Assembly (NCBI GenBank): GCA_902801125.1
Contig: CADCGT010000001.1
Coordinates: 16,637-80,636 of the forward strand
DNA length: 64,000 nucleotides
Source: an uncultured Pseudomonadota bacterium
GTDB taxonomy: Bacteria; Pseudomonadota; Alphaproteobacteria; Rs-D84
Direction of reading: 5' to 3'
Under the pieces are notes generated by a model. That model was not told where the DNA came from. It ran no database searches and worked only from the letters and a program-made list of their open reading frames with translations. Both the position numbers and the translations under genes were made by a program. This document shows positions 10,201-18,510 of this stretch, one piece after another; positions within the stretch are counted from its first letter, which is position 1; the number at the start of each line of letters is the position of its first letter.

Positions 10201-10284
10201 TGTGTCGTCACCGCGCCAGAATTCCATTATACCGTGTTCCAACGATACAAAATCTGCCTTGGGTTCTGTTTTTGGGTATGCCAT
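7225..10284 (-). CDS. ileS: Isoleucyl-tRNA synthetase, type 2-like
   Basis: DGPPFANGLPHWGH, GWDCHGLP, WTTTPWTLP, ISRNRFWG, EGQDQTRGWF, KFSKS; no C-terminal Zn finger. Confidence 0.97.
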   Translation of the reverse strand: MAYPKTEPKADFVSLEHGIMEFWRGDDTFHKSLNKTKLGHPFSFYDGPPFANGLPHWGHLGVSAVKDMVSRYQTMKGRYVERALGWDCHGLPAEASVEKKQKRIAKDIVATDGMAAFCDMCRADVMTYSNEWLKFIERVGRWVDGGDEYGYRTMDKNFMESVIWAIKEMHNRGLLYKDFKVNPYDWKLGTVLSNSEASSEYQDIVDDTVTVWFELSNGDRAIAWTTTPWTLPANSALAVNPNMKYVRMRHDDGHVYVLAESRVSAYEKIFANSENLGTVMGADLVGMCYTPIFPYYADLAKGGHGLYTVISADYVSDGDGTGIVHIAPAYGEDDYIAAKAIDPMFPVILNVDDYGNFDSTVADWAGENIFVANPKIIDWLRANGRLVKKDQHKHSYPFGPRSKEKLIYRATDAWYIDVPKIRERLVEITKNETTWTSAGNRFLSWIENARPWGISRNRFWGVPLPIWERNGEYKIFGSIAEMEEFFGTKVDDLHRPTLDALTRDGWKRIPDVLDCWFESGSMPFASLHYPFENKDLFEKTFPADYIIEGQDQTRGWFYSLMVVAAILFDKPAFRVVSANGMIVDENKRKFSKSLGNFENPEQQLDAYGADAVRLFILGSNFLKAEPVPVDKAGKVFNEPIKTILTPLWNAYHFFTLYANAGNITARDVWGASTRNRLDEYILAETNMLVKTVDAALAEYKPDVAVKEFVRFLDVLNNWYVRRSRARFWDEDTDAFNTLYTVLVMVCRVLAPFAPFVSEYIYKNLTGAESVHLTDWPTAVDTDEKIVADMRRVQEIVSTGKQLREQYKLRNRLPLSKLTVAGGVPMDAYTNIIRDELNVKSVEWMDSASKVADGFIYLVTPKIGARLGAALREIIPMVKRGDYELDGDKLLVGEYTLNSDEFEKRLTIRDGVTGMALPDNTAVIILDTELNSELIAEGLANDALRFIQDTRKALGLDVSDRIKLTYTADLALSGAIEQHRKRIMADALVREMSAGPVESDGNFTDIEGYNFGISIERVKQ

Positions 10285-10309
10285 ATTTTTTACTCCGTGT
10301 TTTTATTAT

Positions 10310-10392
10310 AAAAAACGGGCGCATTCGCGCCCCAGCCAACGCCAAAGCGCGTCGCCGGTTTATCTTATAATAATGATAGTTTTTTTGTTCAT
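10310..10392 (-). promoter_or_regulatory. ileS leader-peptide attenuator (MNKKTIIIIR)
   Basis: uORF 10392-10360 with four consecutive Ile codons, then GGGCGC-GAAT-GCGCCC-GTTTTTT terminator. Confidence 0.88.
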
Positions 10393-10507
10393 GTCGAACA
10401 CTTTAATATATAAATTTTCAAATTTCCAGTATTTTATTACCATATTATAAAATTATTGACTGATGCGGTTTTTATGGAATAGTAAAGAAGAATAAAGGAA
10501 TATAAAA

Positions 10508-11059
10508 ATGAAAAAAATATTAAATACAAGACTTGGTTATGCCGCGTGGTTTGGTGATTATGCCATTGCGGCTGCAACGGGTATTTTTGTGGCGGGACAC
10601 AAACTTCGTGACGATATGACAGATTTAGATAATCTGAATAAATGGGTTCCCGTATTCAAAACATATAAAAAACACTTTATTGAACATGTAAAAAAACACA
10701 ATAATGACCGACTGTCTTGCCGGGCATTTGCACGATATATCACAAAAAGGGGTTATTATCCAACTTCGGAAATTGAAGCGAAAAAACTTGGTGATGTTGT
10801 TGAAAAAATAAAAACTGCCGATTGGATATCTGTGGTGTTTTTTGAAGAAACAGAACACCAACGTCGTATGCCACAGTTTTGCCGTGTTGGCGATTATACA
10901 ATAAACTTTGCATCCGATGGAACGATTTGGTGTGGCGGAATACGCGGAAAAGGGTACATCAACATAACTGATGTCCACGGCAAAAACAGACCTATTGCCA
11001 CAATTTCACCAGAACTGTCCGATTATTTAGCAAAAACAATTATGCAAAAACAAAAATAA
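10508..11059 (+). CDS. Hypothetical protein
   Basis: 183-aa ORF, AAAGGA SD, terminator downstream. Confidence 0.8.
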   Translation: MKKILNTRLGYAAWFGDYAIAAATGIFVAGHKLRDDMTDLDNLNKWVPVFKTYKKHFIEHVKKHNNDRLSCRAFARYITKRGYYPTSEIEAKKLGDVVEKIKTADWISVVFFEETEHQRRMPQFCRVGDYTINFASDGTIWCGGIRGKGYINITDVHGKNRPIATISPELSDYLAKTIMQKQK

Positions 11060-11084
11060 AAAACCGCCAAATGGCGGTTTTTTA
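11057..11084. terminator. Bidirectional intrinsic terminator
   Basis: AAAAAACCGCCA-AA-TGGCGGTTTTTT between convergent ORF and tRNA. Confidence 0.85.
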
Positions 11085-11097
11085 TTAACTAAATACA

Positions 11098-11173
11098 TGG
11101 TGCCGGTGATAAGACTCGAACTTACGACCTCCTCATTACGAATGAGATGCTCTACCAACTGAGCTACACCGGC
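11098..11173 (-). tRNA. tRNA-Thr(CGT)
   Basis: GCCGGTGTAGCTCAG...TCTCA-TTCGTAA-TGAGG...CACCGGCACCA. Confidence 0.97.
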
Positions 11174-11188
11174 ATTGTGACACATACT

Positions 11189-11602
11189 TTACATAACAAT
11201 ATTTCCTTTTTCAAGTGTTTTGATGTTCGTTTTGCGAATTTTTTCCCACACATCACCAATTTTACCAACACGCACCCCCAGGTATACCGGCGTTTCATCG
11301 GTGACATCAAACACACGACGAAAATCAGGCACGGTTTTTATAACCGTGGCCATTTGTTCCGCCCTTATTTCCCATACCGCACCCGGTGTCATATTGTGAC
11401 CGGTATATATGCATAATTCCCCGTTCATAAAGTATCCACGCGGAAAATTATCCATTGCATACCTTATACGCGGATAATGCAAATTTATTAGCATTTCCAT
11501 ATGTCCGCCGGGAAACCCGTTTGGTGCAACGGTAAGCCCCGTGCCCGGCATTATTATAAATGCGCGACGCGTTGTATGAAAATCTGTGGCGGAATTTGGC
11601 AC
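11189..11602 (-). CDS. Hypothetical protein
   Basis: 137-aa ORF, GTG overlapping thyX stop. Confidence 0.65.
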   Translation of the reverse strand: MPNSATDFHTTRRAFIIMPGTGLTVAPNGFPGGHMEMLINLHYPRIRYAMDNFPRGYFMNGELCIYTGHNMTPGAVWEIRAEQMATVIKTVPDFRRVFDVTDETPVYLGVRVGKIGDVWEKIRKTNIKTLEKGNIVM

Positions 11603-12987
11603 TATATCTGTCTTTGTTTGAAATATCCGTTGATTTTGTCATTGATAATATCACGGCCACAGCAACGCGGGCCTTCGGGACATTTACCCATAGACAAACA
11701 GGGCGGTGTCAGATATTTCATAAGTTTCGCATTTTCGCCAATGCATTGCGCCAAATCACGACGCAGGTCGCAAGAAATATGATATATCGCCTCTTGCGCA
11801 CACCAACATGTGCGTTTACCTTGTTCGTGCATAAGTGCGTTCAGGTTTGCGTGTTTATTGTATTCAACCATCGCACCGTACGGCGCAACCGCCAATATCA
11901 TACCGCGTGAAAATGTATCCGCCATTAACGAGTAATACATATTCATAAATTTATCAGCGTCTTTCTCTAATCCCGCCGCGTTCAATAACGGGGGCAGGTA
12001 AAAATAACCGGTAAATTGCGGTTCTGAACGCTGTATACTGCGGTGGCGTTGGTCTTGACCCATTGTTGCACCGGCATCGATGTGGATTTTACTGTCCACA
12101 TACATCAAAGAATTATTCATATATCGCGGATGAAACTGCAAGGTATCCGCCATATCAGGCGATTTGTTTTCTACAAACATTTTATCATCATATTTATAGT
12201 CCAGTAATGTAAATTCTGGACGTGTTTTTATTCCACGATAATTTTCAGCAGATGCAAAAAATTTCGATACATAGTTATGTACAGGTGCCTGTTTGGCCGA
12301 ATCAAACATATATTTAATTTTTGGGTCATCCCGCATTGCCAATTCGGCCATTTGATTCACCGCGTCACGCATTTCCGTTGTCCATGCCGTCCGGTATAAT
12401 GTAAACAGCGTGGCAAGGTCAATCGTGTAATCCAACGCCGTTGGCGCAATCATTGACACAAACATACGCAATTGTTCCTGGGCAAATTTTGGGGCATTTT
12501 GTTCAACATATTTTTCAGATGCGTACGGCCGTTCACGGTGAATTGCATCACGCGCAAGTTCGGTCACACGATTTTTGTTTTTTGCATAAACATCCAAACC
12601 GTGTTCAATAAAATCGCATGCCGCATTTATATTATAATCAGATACTTCCGGGTGATATGTTTTTAATGTATTCTTGATTGCGGCCATATCGGGGTTATCG
12701 TACATTTTTGAAAAACGACCTGAACGTTGGTCTGTATTGTAAAATGGCGCGGTTAGGTGCAAACCAAAAACAACACTGGACACCGGGATACCGTCAATAT
12801 TGAATGTGTAATAATTATGTTCCAATGTGGTGTGATGACCGGTCTTAAACAGGCGGTTTTCAACATCAATTGTTTCACCCAATTCCGGAACATCCGCCGC
12901 ATAACATGTGCGTGCCGCGTGTGATGCCAGAATAGTTGGTTCAACATCTGTGCCGGCGATTTTTTTAACTTTGATAATGTCTGACAT
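11602..12987 (-). CDS. thyX: FAD-dependent thymidylate synthase, tandem-domain type
   Basis: GHHTTLEH, QRSGRF and QDQRHRS motifs in 461 aa. Confidence 0.8.
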   Translation of the reverse strand: MSDIIKVKKIAGTDVEPTILASHAARTCYAADVPELGETIDVENRLFKTGHHTTLEHNYYTFNIDGIPVSSVVFGLHLTAPFYNTDQRSGRFSKMYDNPDMAAIKNTLKTYHPEVSDYNINAACDFIEHGLDVYAKNKNRVTELARDAIHRERPYASEKYVEQNAPKFAQEQLRMFVSMIAPTALDYTIDLATLFTLYRTAWTTEMRDAVNQMAELAMRDDPKIKYMFDSAKQAPVHNYVSKFFASAENYRGIKTRPEFTLLDYKYDDKMFVENKSPDMADTLQFHPRYMNNSLMYVDSKIHIDAGATMGQDQRHRSIQRSEPQFTGYFYLPPLLNAAGLEKDADKFMNMYYSLMADTFSRGMILAVAPYGAMVEYNKHANLNALMHEQGKRTCWCAQEAIYHISCDLRRDLAQCIGENAKLMKYLTPPCLSMGKCPEGPRCCGRDIINDKINGYFKQRQI

Positions 12988-13105
12988 ATTTAAACCCTTT
13001 CTTTAATTTCAGTTTATTTTTTCATTTTATATTTCAAATTCAACCAAAAAAAACAATTCAGGCAAAATAAATGTCTGTTTTCCGGTCTTTTCGTAAAAAA
13101 GTATC

Positions 13106-13128
13106 AAAAAGGCCGGCAATGCCGGCCG
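13106..13128 (-). terminator. Intrinsic terminator after pheT
   Basis: GGCCGGC-ATT-GCCGGCC-TTTTT on minus strand. Confidence 0.8.
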
Positions 13129-13158
13129 AAATGATAAAACCGTTCAAAAATGCCGGTA

Positions 13159-15465
13159 TTATTTATCACGCACATGTGCGGGACACTTTTTCTCCACCGC
13201 CGCGATTATATCGGCATGTAATTTTCCAAGGTCTTGTTCCGACATTTTTTCACGCGGTGTAAATGTAATTGTGAATGCGACGGATTTTTTACCGTCCGGC
13301 ATTTCAAACGAATCAAATACAACCGCGCTTGATATCGGGTTTGTGGCATAGCGCGCCGCCGCAACAAGATTCTCTGCCGGATAATCATTTGGAACAATAA
13401 AGGCAAAGTCGCGTGTTATTGGTTGAAATTCACTCATCACAATCGGACCACGCGGTAAAACCCTGTGCGGCAGGTTTTCTATGTTTTCAACAATTCCAAT
13501 GCATACATTTGTTTTTATCTTTAATTTTTTCGCAACCGATGGATGCAATTCGCCGAATTCCGCCAAAACCTTTTTACCCTGCATTATTCGACCATAACGG
13601 TACGGATGCGCCCAAAGTGGCGGGTTTTCCGTATCGATTGTAAAGTTTCGACCATTTAATAGTGATACTATGTCCGCCTTGACATCATATATGTCCACCG
13701 GACGATTGCGTTTTTGCCAATGTTTCGGGGCCGTCACGCCGGTGCGAACAATACAAATTTCGGTATGTTGTTCATTCGGCATATCGCCATCAAACACGGT
13801 TCCCACCTCGAACAGATTCAAATCTGGGTACCCGCGTTTTTCATTATTTGCAACCGCATTCAGCAATATACCAAGCAATGAATTTCGCGCCGTATCAAAA
13901 TCAGATATAATTGGATTTGCCACGCGAATAATCGGTTTATCTGATAATATTTCTTCTGTACGCGAATTACCAAATCCGTACGAACGACATTCGTTTAATC
14001 CGCGTGCCGCCAAAGATTTCTTTACTATCAAATCAAAATCATCACTGTGACGCGCATCACCCGTTGTATGCGCATCGTTTTGGGCAATTCTGTCATATCC
14101 ATATATGCGAATCAAATCTGCCACAACTGTTTCAGGTATCACAACATCGACACGCGCGGACGGCGCCGTTATTTCCCATATTTTACCGGTGAATTTTCCG
14201 GTGTACCCCAAACGCGTCAAGATATCACGCATATCATCATCAGACATTTCAAGGCCCGTCCGTTTAACAAACGCATTCGGCGAATATTTAATTACTGGGT
14301 TTATTGGTTTATCTGTTCCCGCGGCCGAAAATCCAACGATTTTTCCACCACATGCATCGGTTATAATTTTTACCGCGCACATCAACGCCGGACCCGTTAT
14401 TGTTGGGTCTATACCGCGTTCATATCGGTATGACGCATCGGTTGATATCGACAGGCGTTTAGATGTTTTACGAACACACACCGGGTCAAAATATGCGCTT
14501 TCCAAAATAATGTTTTTTGTTTTATCACCGGTCATACCGCGCGCACCACCAATCACACCCGCCAGCGCAAGGATTCCACCATCGTCCGCAATAACAATAT
14601 CGGTATTTTTTAATTCGTGTTTATTTCCAAATAAATCCGTAAATTCTTCGCCATCGTTTGCCGTACGCACAGTTATATCGCCATGGATTTCATCAGCATC
14701 AAAGCAATGCATCGGTTGTGCCATATCAAAGCAAATATAATTTGTTGCGTCAATTGGTGCGTTCTTGGGGTTTATACCAATTGCACGCAACCGATTTGCG
14801 ATTTTTGAATTACTGGGGCCTATTTTTATATCGTGAATTTCCGCCAATTTATATGCACGACATTTGTCGGTTTTTATATTGACGCCGCGCGCAGCCCCAC
14901 GCACCACAAATTTTTCATCCGTCGCCACAATATATTCGCCCGCACCGGCCGCGGCCAGGTCGCGCGCCACACCGCGCACCGCCAAATAATCCGGACGGTT
15001 TGGCGTAATACCCGCATCAAATACGGTGGGACAATCAACAACCGGCGTTCCAATTTTTGTGTTTTCGGGTAATTCTATAATACCACTGTGGTCATCATTT
15101 ATGCCAAGTTCGCGGCCACTGCACATCATACCATTGGATACAACACCACGCAGTTTTCCGCTTTCGATTTTGTGTCCTTCGATAACACAACCGGGGGTGG
15201 CCAACGCAGATATTAAACCCACGCGCGCGTTTGGGGCGCCACATACAACCTGGCGCAATGTTCCTGTCCCATCATCAACCATTAACACGTGCAGATGGTC
15301 ACTGTTTTCATGGGGACGACATTCCACAATCCGCGCCGCAATCGGTGGCACCGGCACGGTCAGTTCTTCAACCTCTAGCCCCGTCCGCGTAAGCGTATCC
15401 GCAATTTGTTCCGCGGATAAATCTGTTTTCAAATAATCACGCAACCAATCAAATGTCCATTTCAT
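13159..15465 (-). CDS. pheT: Phenylalanyl-tRNA synthetase beta subunit
   Basis: VVCGAPN, SNGMMCS, ITPNRPD, QPMHCFDAD, RYERGID, RDFAF. Confidence 0.97.
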   Translation of the reverse strand: MKWTFDWLRDYLKTDLSAEQIADTLTRTGLEVEELTVPVPPIAARIVECRPHENSDHLHVLMVDDGTGTLRQVVCGAPNARVGLISALATPGCVIEGHKIESGKLRGVVSNGMMCSGRELGINDDHSGIIELPENTKIGTPVVDCPTVFDAGITPNRPDYLAVRGVARDLAAAGAGEYIVATDEKFVVRGAARGVNIKTDKCRAYKLAEIHDIKIGPSNSKIANRLRAIGINPKNAPIDATNYICFDMAQPMHCFDADEIHGDITVRTANDGEEFTDLFGNKHELKNTDIVIADDGGILALAGVIGGARGMTGDKTKNIILESAYFDPVCVRKTSKRLSISTDASYRYERGIDPTITGPALMCAVKIITDACGGKIVGFSAAGTDKPINPVIKYSPNAFVKRTGLEMSDDDMRDILTRLGYTGKFTGKIWEITAPSARVDVVIPETVVADLIRIYGYDRIAQNDAHTTGDARHSDDFDLIVKKSLAARGLNECRSYGFGNSRTEEILSDKPIIRVANPIISDFDTARNSLLGILLNAVANNEKRGYPDLNLFEVGTVFDGDMPNEQHTEICIVRTGVTAPKHWQKRNRPVDIYDVKADIVSLLNGRNFTIDTENPPLWAHPYRYGRIMQGKKVLAEFGELHPSVAKKLKIKTNVCIGIVENIENLPHRVLPRGPIVMSEFQPITRDFAFIVPNDYPAENLVAAARYATNPISSAVVFDSFEMPDGKKSVAFTITFTPREKMSEQDLGKLHADIIAAVEKKCPAHVRDK

Positions 15466-15480
15466 ATCAACACCCCTGTA

Positions 15481-16431
15481 TTAAAAGCCACACGATTTTA
15501 ACCACCGAACATCATTGCCATATAAATCACGCAAATCCGGCAGGTTATATTTTAACATTGCAAGTCTGTCCCAACCAAACCCAAATGCAAAACCCTGGTA
15601 TTTATCTGGGTCAATACCACAATTACGCAGAACATTTGGATGAACCATACCCGCACCCATCATTTCCAACCATCTGTCGCCGTTCCATTTCATATCAACC
15701 TCGATAGACGGGTCTGTGAACGGAAAGTACGATGGACGGATACGCAATTCAACATTATCCAATTCAAAGAATCGTTTAAAAAACGCGCGTATATCGCCAA
15801 TCAAATCGGCCAATGTCACATTTTTATCTATATACAAACCTTCTATTTGCCCGAACATAGGACCATGTGTCGCATCCATTTCTTTACGATATGTCGAACC
15901 AATGGCGAACATCTTAATCGGTACACCGTCGGATTCCATCGCACGAATTTGCACCGCCGATGTCTGGGTGCGCATAACATTGCCATTTGGCAAAAAGAAT
16001 GTATCCTGCATATCACGCGCCGGATGATATGCTGGGGTATTCAATGCGGTAAAATTATGCCAATCGTCTTCGATTTCCGGCCCGGTATGACGCGTGTACC
16101 CGAATGATTCCAATATTTTTGATATTTCGTCCAGGCTTTGCGTCAACGGATGAATTGTTCCGCGGTTTTCCGGTTCGGCGTTTAATGATACATCCAATTT
16201 TTCACCCGCCAAGGCCGCGTTCAACGCCGCATTTTCTAATTCGGCCTGGCGATTTTTGAACAATTCACGCAGTTCCGCGTTTTCGCGATTTAATTCTGCA
16301 CGGGCATCGTTATCAAGTTCCTTCATCTGTTTCAATCGCGCCGTCATTGTGCCGTTTTTACCGAACACCGATGTATATAATTCCTGTAATTCGGTCAATG
16401 ATTGTGTCTGTATTATTTTTTCATTTAACAT
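15481..16431 (-). CDS. pheS: Phenylalanyl-tRNA synthetase alpha subunit
   Basis: HPARDMQDTF, RTQTS, RPSYFPFTDPS, GFAFGFGWDRL. Confidence 0.97.
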   Translation of the reverse strand: MLNEKIIQTQSLTELQELYTSVFGKNGTMTARLKQMKELDNDARAELNRENAELRELFKNRQAELENAALNAALAGEKLDVSLNAEPENRGTIHPLTQSLDEISKILESFGYTRHTGPEIEDDWHNFTALNTPAYHPARDMQDTFFLPNGNVMRTQTSAVQIRAMESDGVPIKMFAIGSTYRKEMDATHGPMFGQIEGLYIDKNVTLADLIGDIRAFFKRFFELDNVELRIRPSYFPFTDPSIEVDMKWNGDRWLEMMGAGMVHPNVLRNCGIDPDKYQGFAFGFGWDRLAMLKYNLPDLRDLYGNDVRWLKSCGF

Positions 16432-16510
16432 AACTTTACCTTCTTTAATAGATATGGGGTCGCATTCGCGGCCCCATAATCATAAACAAAAAACAATTTG
16501 CCGCCAAGGG

Positions 16511-16876
16511 TTATTTTTCACCCTTGATAAATCGTTTTGCCGTTTCAACCAATGTGGCGAAGTTTTTATCGCCGACATAGGCCATTTCCGCCAAAACCTT
16601 GCGGTCTAATTCAACACCCGCCTTGCGCAGGCCATTCATGAATTGGCTGTATGTGATACCAGATGGGCGCACCGCCGCATTGATACGAACAATCCACAAA
16701 GACCGAAAATCACGTTTTTTGGCGCGACGGTCGCGATATGCATACTGACCCGCCTTTTCAGATTTTTCGCGCGCGGCACGATATGTGCTGCTGTGGCGGC
16801 CAAGATAACCCTTGGCGCGTTCCAGAATTTTATTGTGTTTTTGACGAACCGTTGTTCCACGTTTTACCCTTGCCAT
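16511..16876 (-). CDS. rplT: 50S ribosomal protein L20
   Basis: MARVKRG...[24 protein letters not shown]. Confidence 0.98.
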   Translation of the reverse strand: MARVKRGTTVRQKHNKILERAKGYLGRHSSTYRAAREKSEKAGQYAYRDRRAKKRDFRSLWIVRINAAVRPSGITYSQFMNGLRKAGVELDRKVLAEMAYVGDKNFATLVETAKRFIKGEK

Positions 16877-16888
16877 TTTGCGCCCCCT

Positions 16889-17092
16889 TTATTTCAAACC
16901 ATACGGTGCCAAGATTTTAGCCTGGGCCACCATGTTTTCATTCAGATATTGCGGTTTCGAACCGGCGTTATTTGCACGCGCGGATTTTTTACGCAACAGT
17001 TTCTTGTGGGCGTTTCTGCGAACGTTGATTTTCCCGGTCGCAGTCATTCTTGCACGCTTTTTCAAGTATGACTTTGTTTTTAATTTTGGCAT
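16889..17092 (-). CDS. rpmI: 50S ribosomal protein L35
   Basis: MPKLKTKS..KKR..TATGK; directly upstream of rplT. Confidence 0.95.
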   Translation of the reverse strand: MPKLKTKSYLKKRARMTATGKINVRRNAHKKLLRKKSARANNAGSKPQYLNENMVAQAKILAPYGLK

Positions 17093-17233
17093 TTTTAACC
17101 TCTTGTTTTTACTGTATCCTTATGGCAATGCCTTTGCCATTTCGGATGTTTAACGCCAATATTCTGACACAAATAAAAGAAAAATCAAGTTTTTATTGAA
17201 TAATGATTTTTTTATGTTTAAAGTAAATCACAA

Positions 17234-18058
17234 ATGAATCCGAAAAAAGTATCTTCCAGATTGCATACAATTATAAAATCCGCCATTGTCGCGGCCATTT
17301 TGCCTTTTATTTTTGTATATATCGTTGTTGCAAAACCGGACTATCGTGTTATAAATGCCGTGGCACATATTGCTATGCCGGTGGTGGACGGAATTGGCGA
17401 TTTAATAACCTGGCCGGTGCGGGCGGGTGGAAATATTGTTAAACGCGTGCATGATATTTCAAATTTGGAACAAGAAAACGAAGAATTGCGCGCCCGCCTT
17501 GATATGGCGTTGGCCGACAAAAATAATTGCGATATTGCGTTGTTGGAAAACCAAAAATTGGAACGCGAATTAGATATAGTTAAAAATACCCCGTATGCCG
17601 CGGTTGTCGCAGATGTTATTTTCGATAATTCCGCGTTGCACCATGGAACATTTATGATAAATCGTGGGTCGCGTGATGGCGTTGCGCCGGGTATGGTCGT
17701 TGTGTCTTTTGATAACACATTGGCGGGAATTGTCATAGATACGGCCGCACATTTTGCGCGCGTTCGGTCATTGATTGATTCGAATACAAATATCGCGGTT
17801 CGTATTGCCGGGTCCGAAGTTTATGGATTTTTGGCCGGAAACGGTTCAAATACACCAAGCATTGGGTTCCTTAGTGACCATAAATTTCAAACCGCGCGCG
17901 GTGTTAAATTGGTAACCAGTGGTATAAGTGGCGTTTTGCCGCCCGATATTTTCGTCGGAACAATGAAAGATGATTCAGATGTTGATGTGTTGACACCACG
18001 CGAACTGTCACGCGTTATGGTGTTAAAATTTAATTCAGACCAAGATAATTATAAATGA
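17234..18058 (+). CDS. mreC: Rod shape-determining protein MreC
   Basis: TM helix, coiled coil, INRGSRDGV, VTSGISGVLP. Confidence 0.9.
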   Translation: MNPKKVSSRLHTIIKSAIVAAILPFIFVYIVVAKPDYRVINAVAHIAMPVVDGIGDLITWPVRAGGNIVKRVHDISNLEQENEELRARLDMALADKNNCDIALLENQKLERELDIVKNTPYAAVVADVIFDNSALHHGTFMINRGSRDGVAPGMVVVSFDNTLAGIVIDTAAHFARVRSLIDSNTNIAVRIAGSEVYGFLAGNGSNTPSIGFLSDHKFQTARGVKLVTSGISGVLPPDIFVGTMKDDSDVDVLTPRELSRVMVLKFNSDQDNYK

Positions 18059-18510
18059 AAGAACTGGTTGTAAAATATTTAAGATTGCTTTTTCCATTTA
18101 TCATAACAATCGCGTTATGGCGGATTTCTGTGCCATGGATAAATCCGGCGGGAATTTTGGCAATTATACCGATATTTTATTGTTCTTTTATACGGCCGGT
18201 ATCGTATTTTACGCCGTTTGCGATACTGATTTGTTTTTTAATAGATTACAAGTTTAATACCGTTTTAATGTGGACAACATGTTATTGCGCGTTCTATGCG
18301 GTGATGAATATTCAAACATTCATAGATTTAACGCATACGAATAAATCCGGTGTATACGCATTTATGGGATTTGTCGGCGCGGTCATATTTTTGATGACCG
18401 CCACGAATTTAAGTCTTATGAATTTTTTATCGGGCGCGATTATGTTCGCCGTTTTAACAATAATGTATATTCCGGTAATAACAACTGTCCAGGTGGTGCA
18501 AAATGATTGA
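18055..18510 (+). CDS. mreD: Membrane protein, probable MreD
   Basis: Hydrophobic 151-aa ORF between mreC and mrdA. Confidence 0.7.
   Translation: MKELVVKYLRLLFPFIITIALWRISVPWINPAGILAIIPIFYCSFIRPVSYFTPFAILICFLIDYKFNTVLMWTTCYCAFYAVMNIQTFIDLTHTNKSGVYAFMGFVGAVIFLMTATNLSLMNFLSGAIMFAVLTIMYIPVITTVQVVQND

Noticed and set aside
16432-16510. Classical pheM-type attenuator
   Set aside because: No ATG-started Phe-rich uORF, and the hairpin lacks a U tract; kept only as a weak finding.
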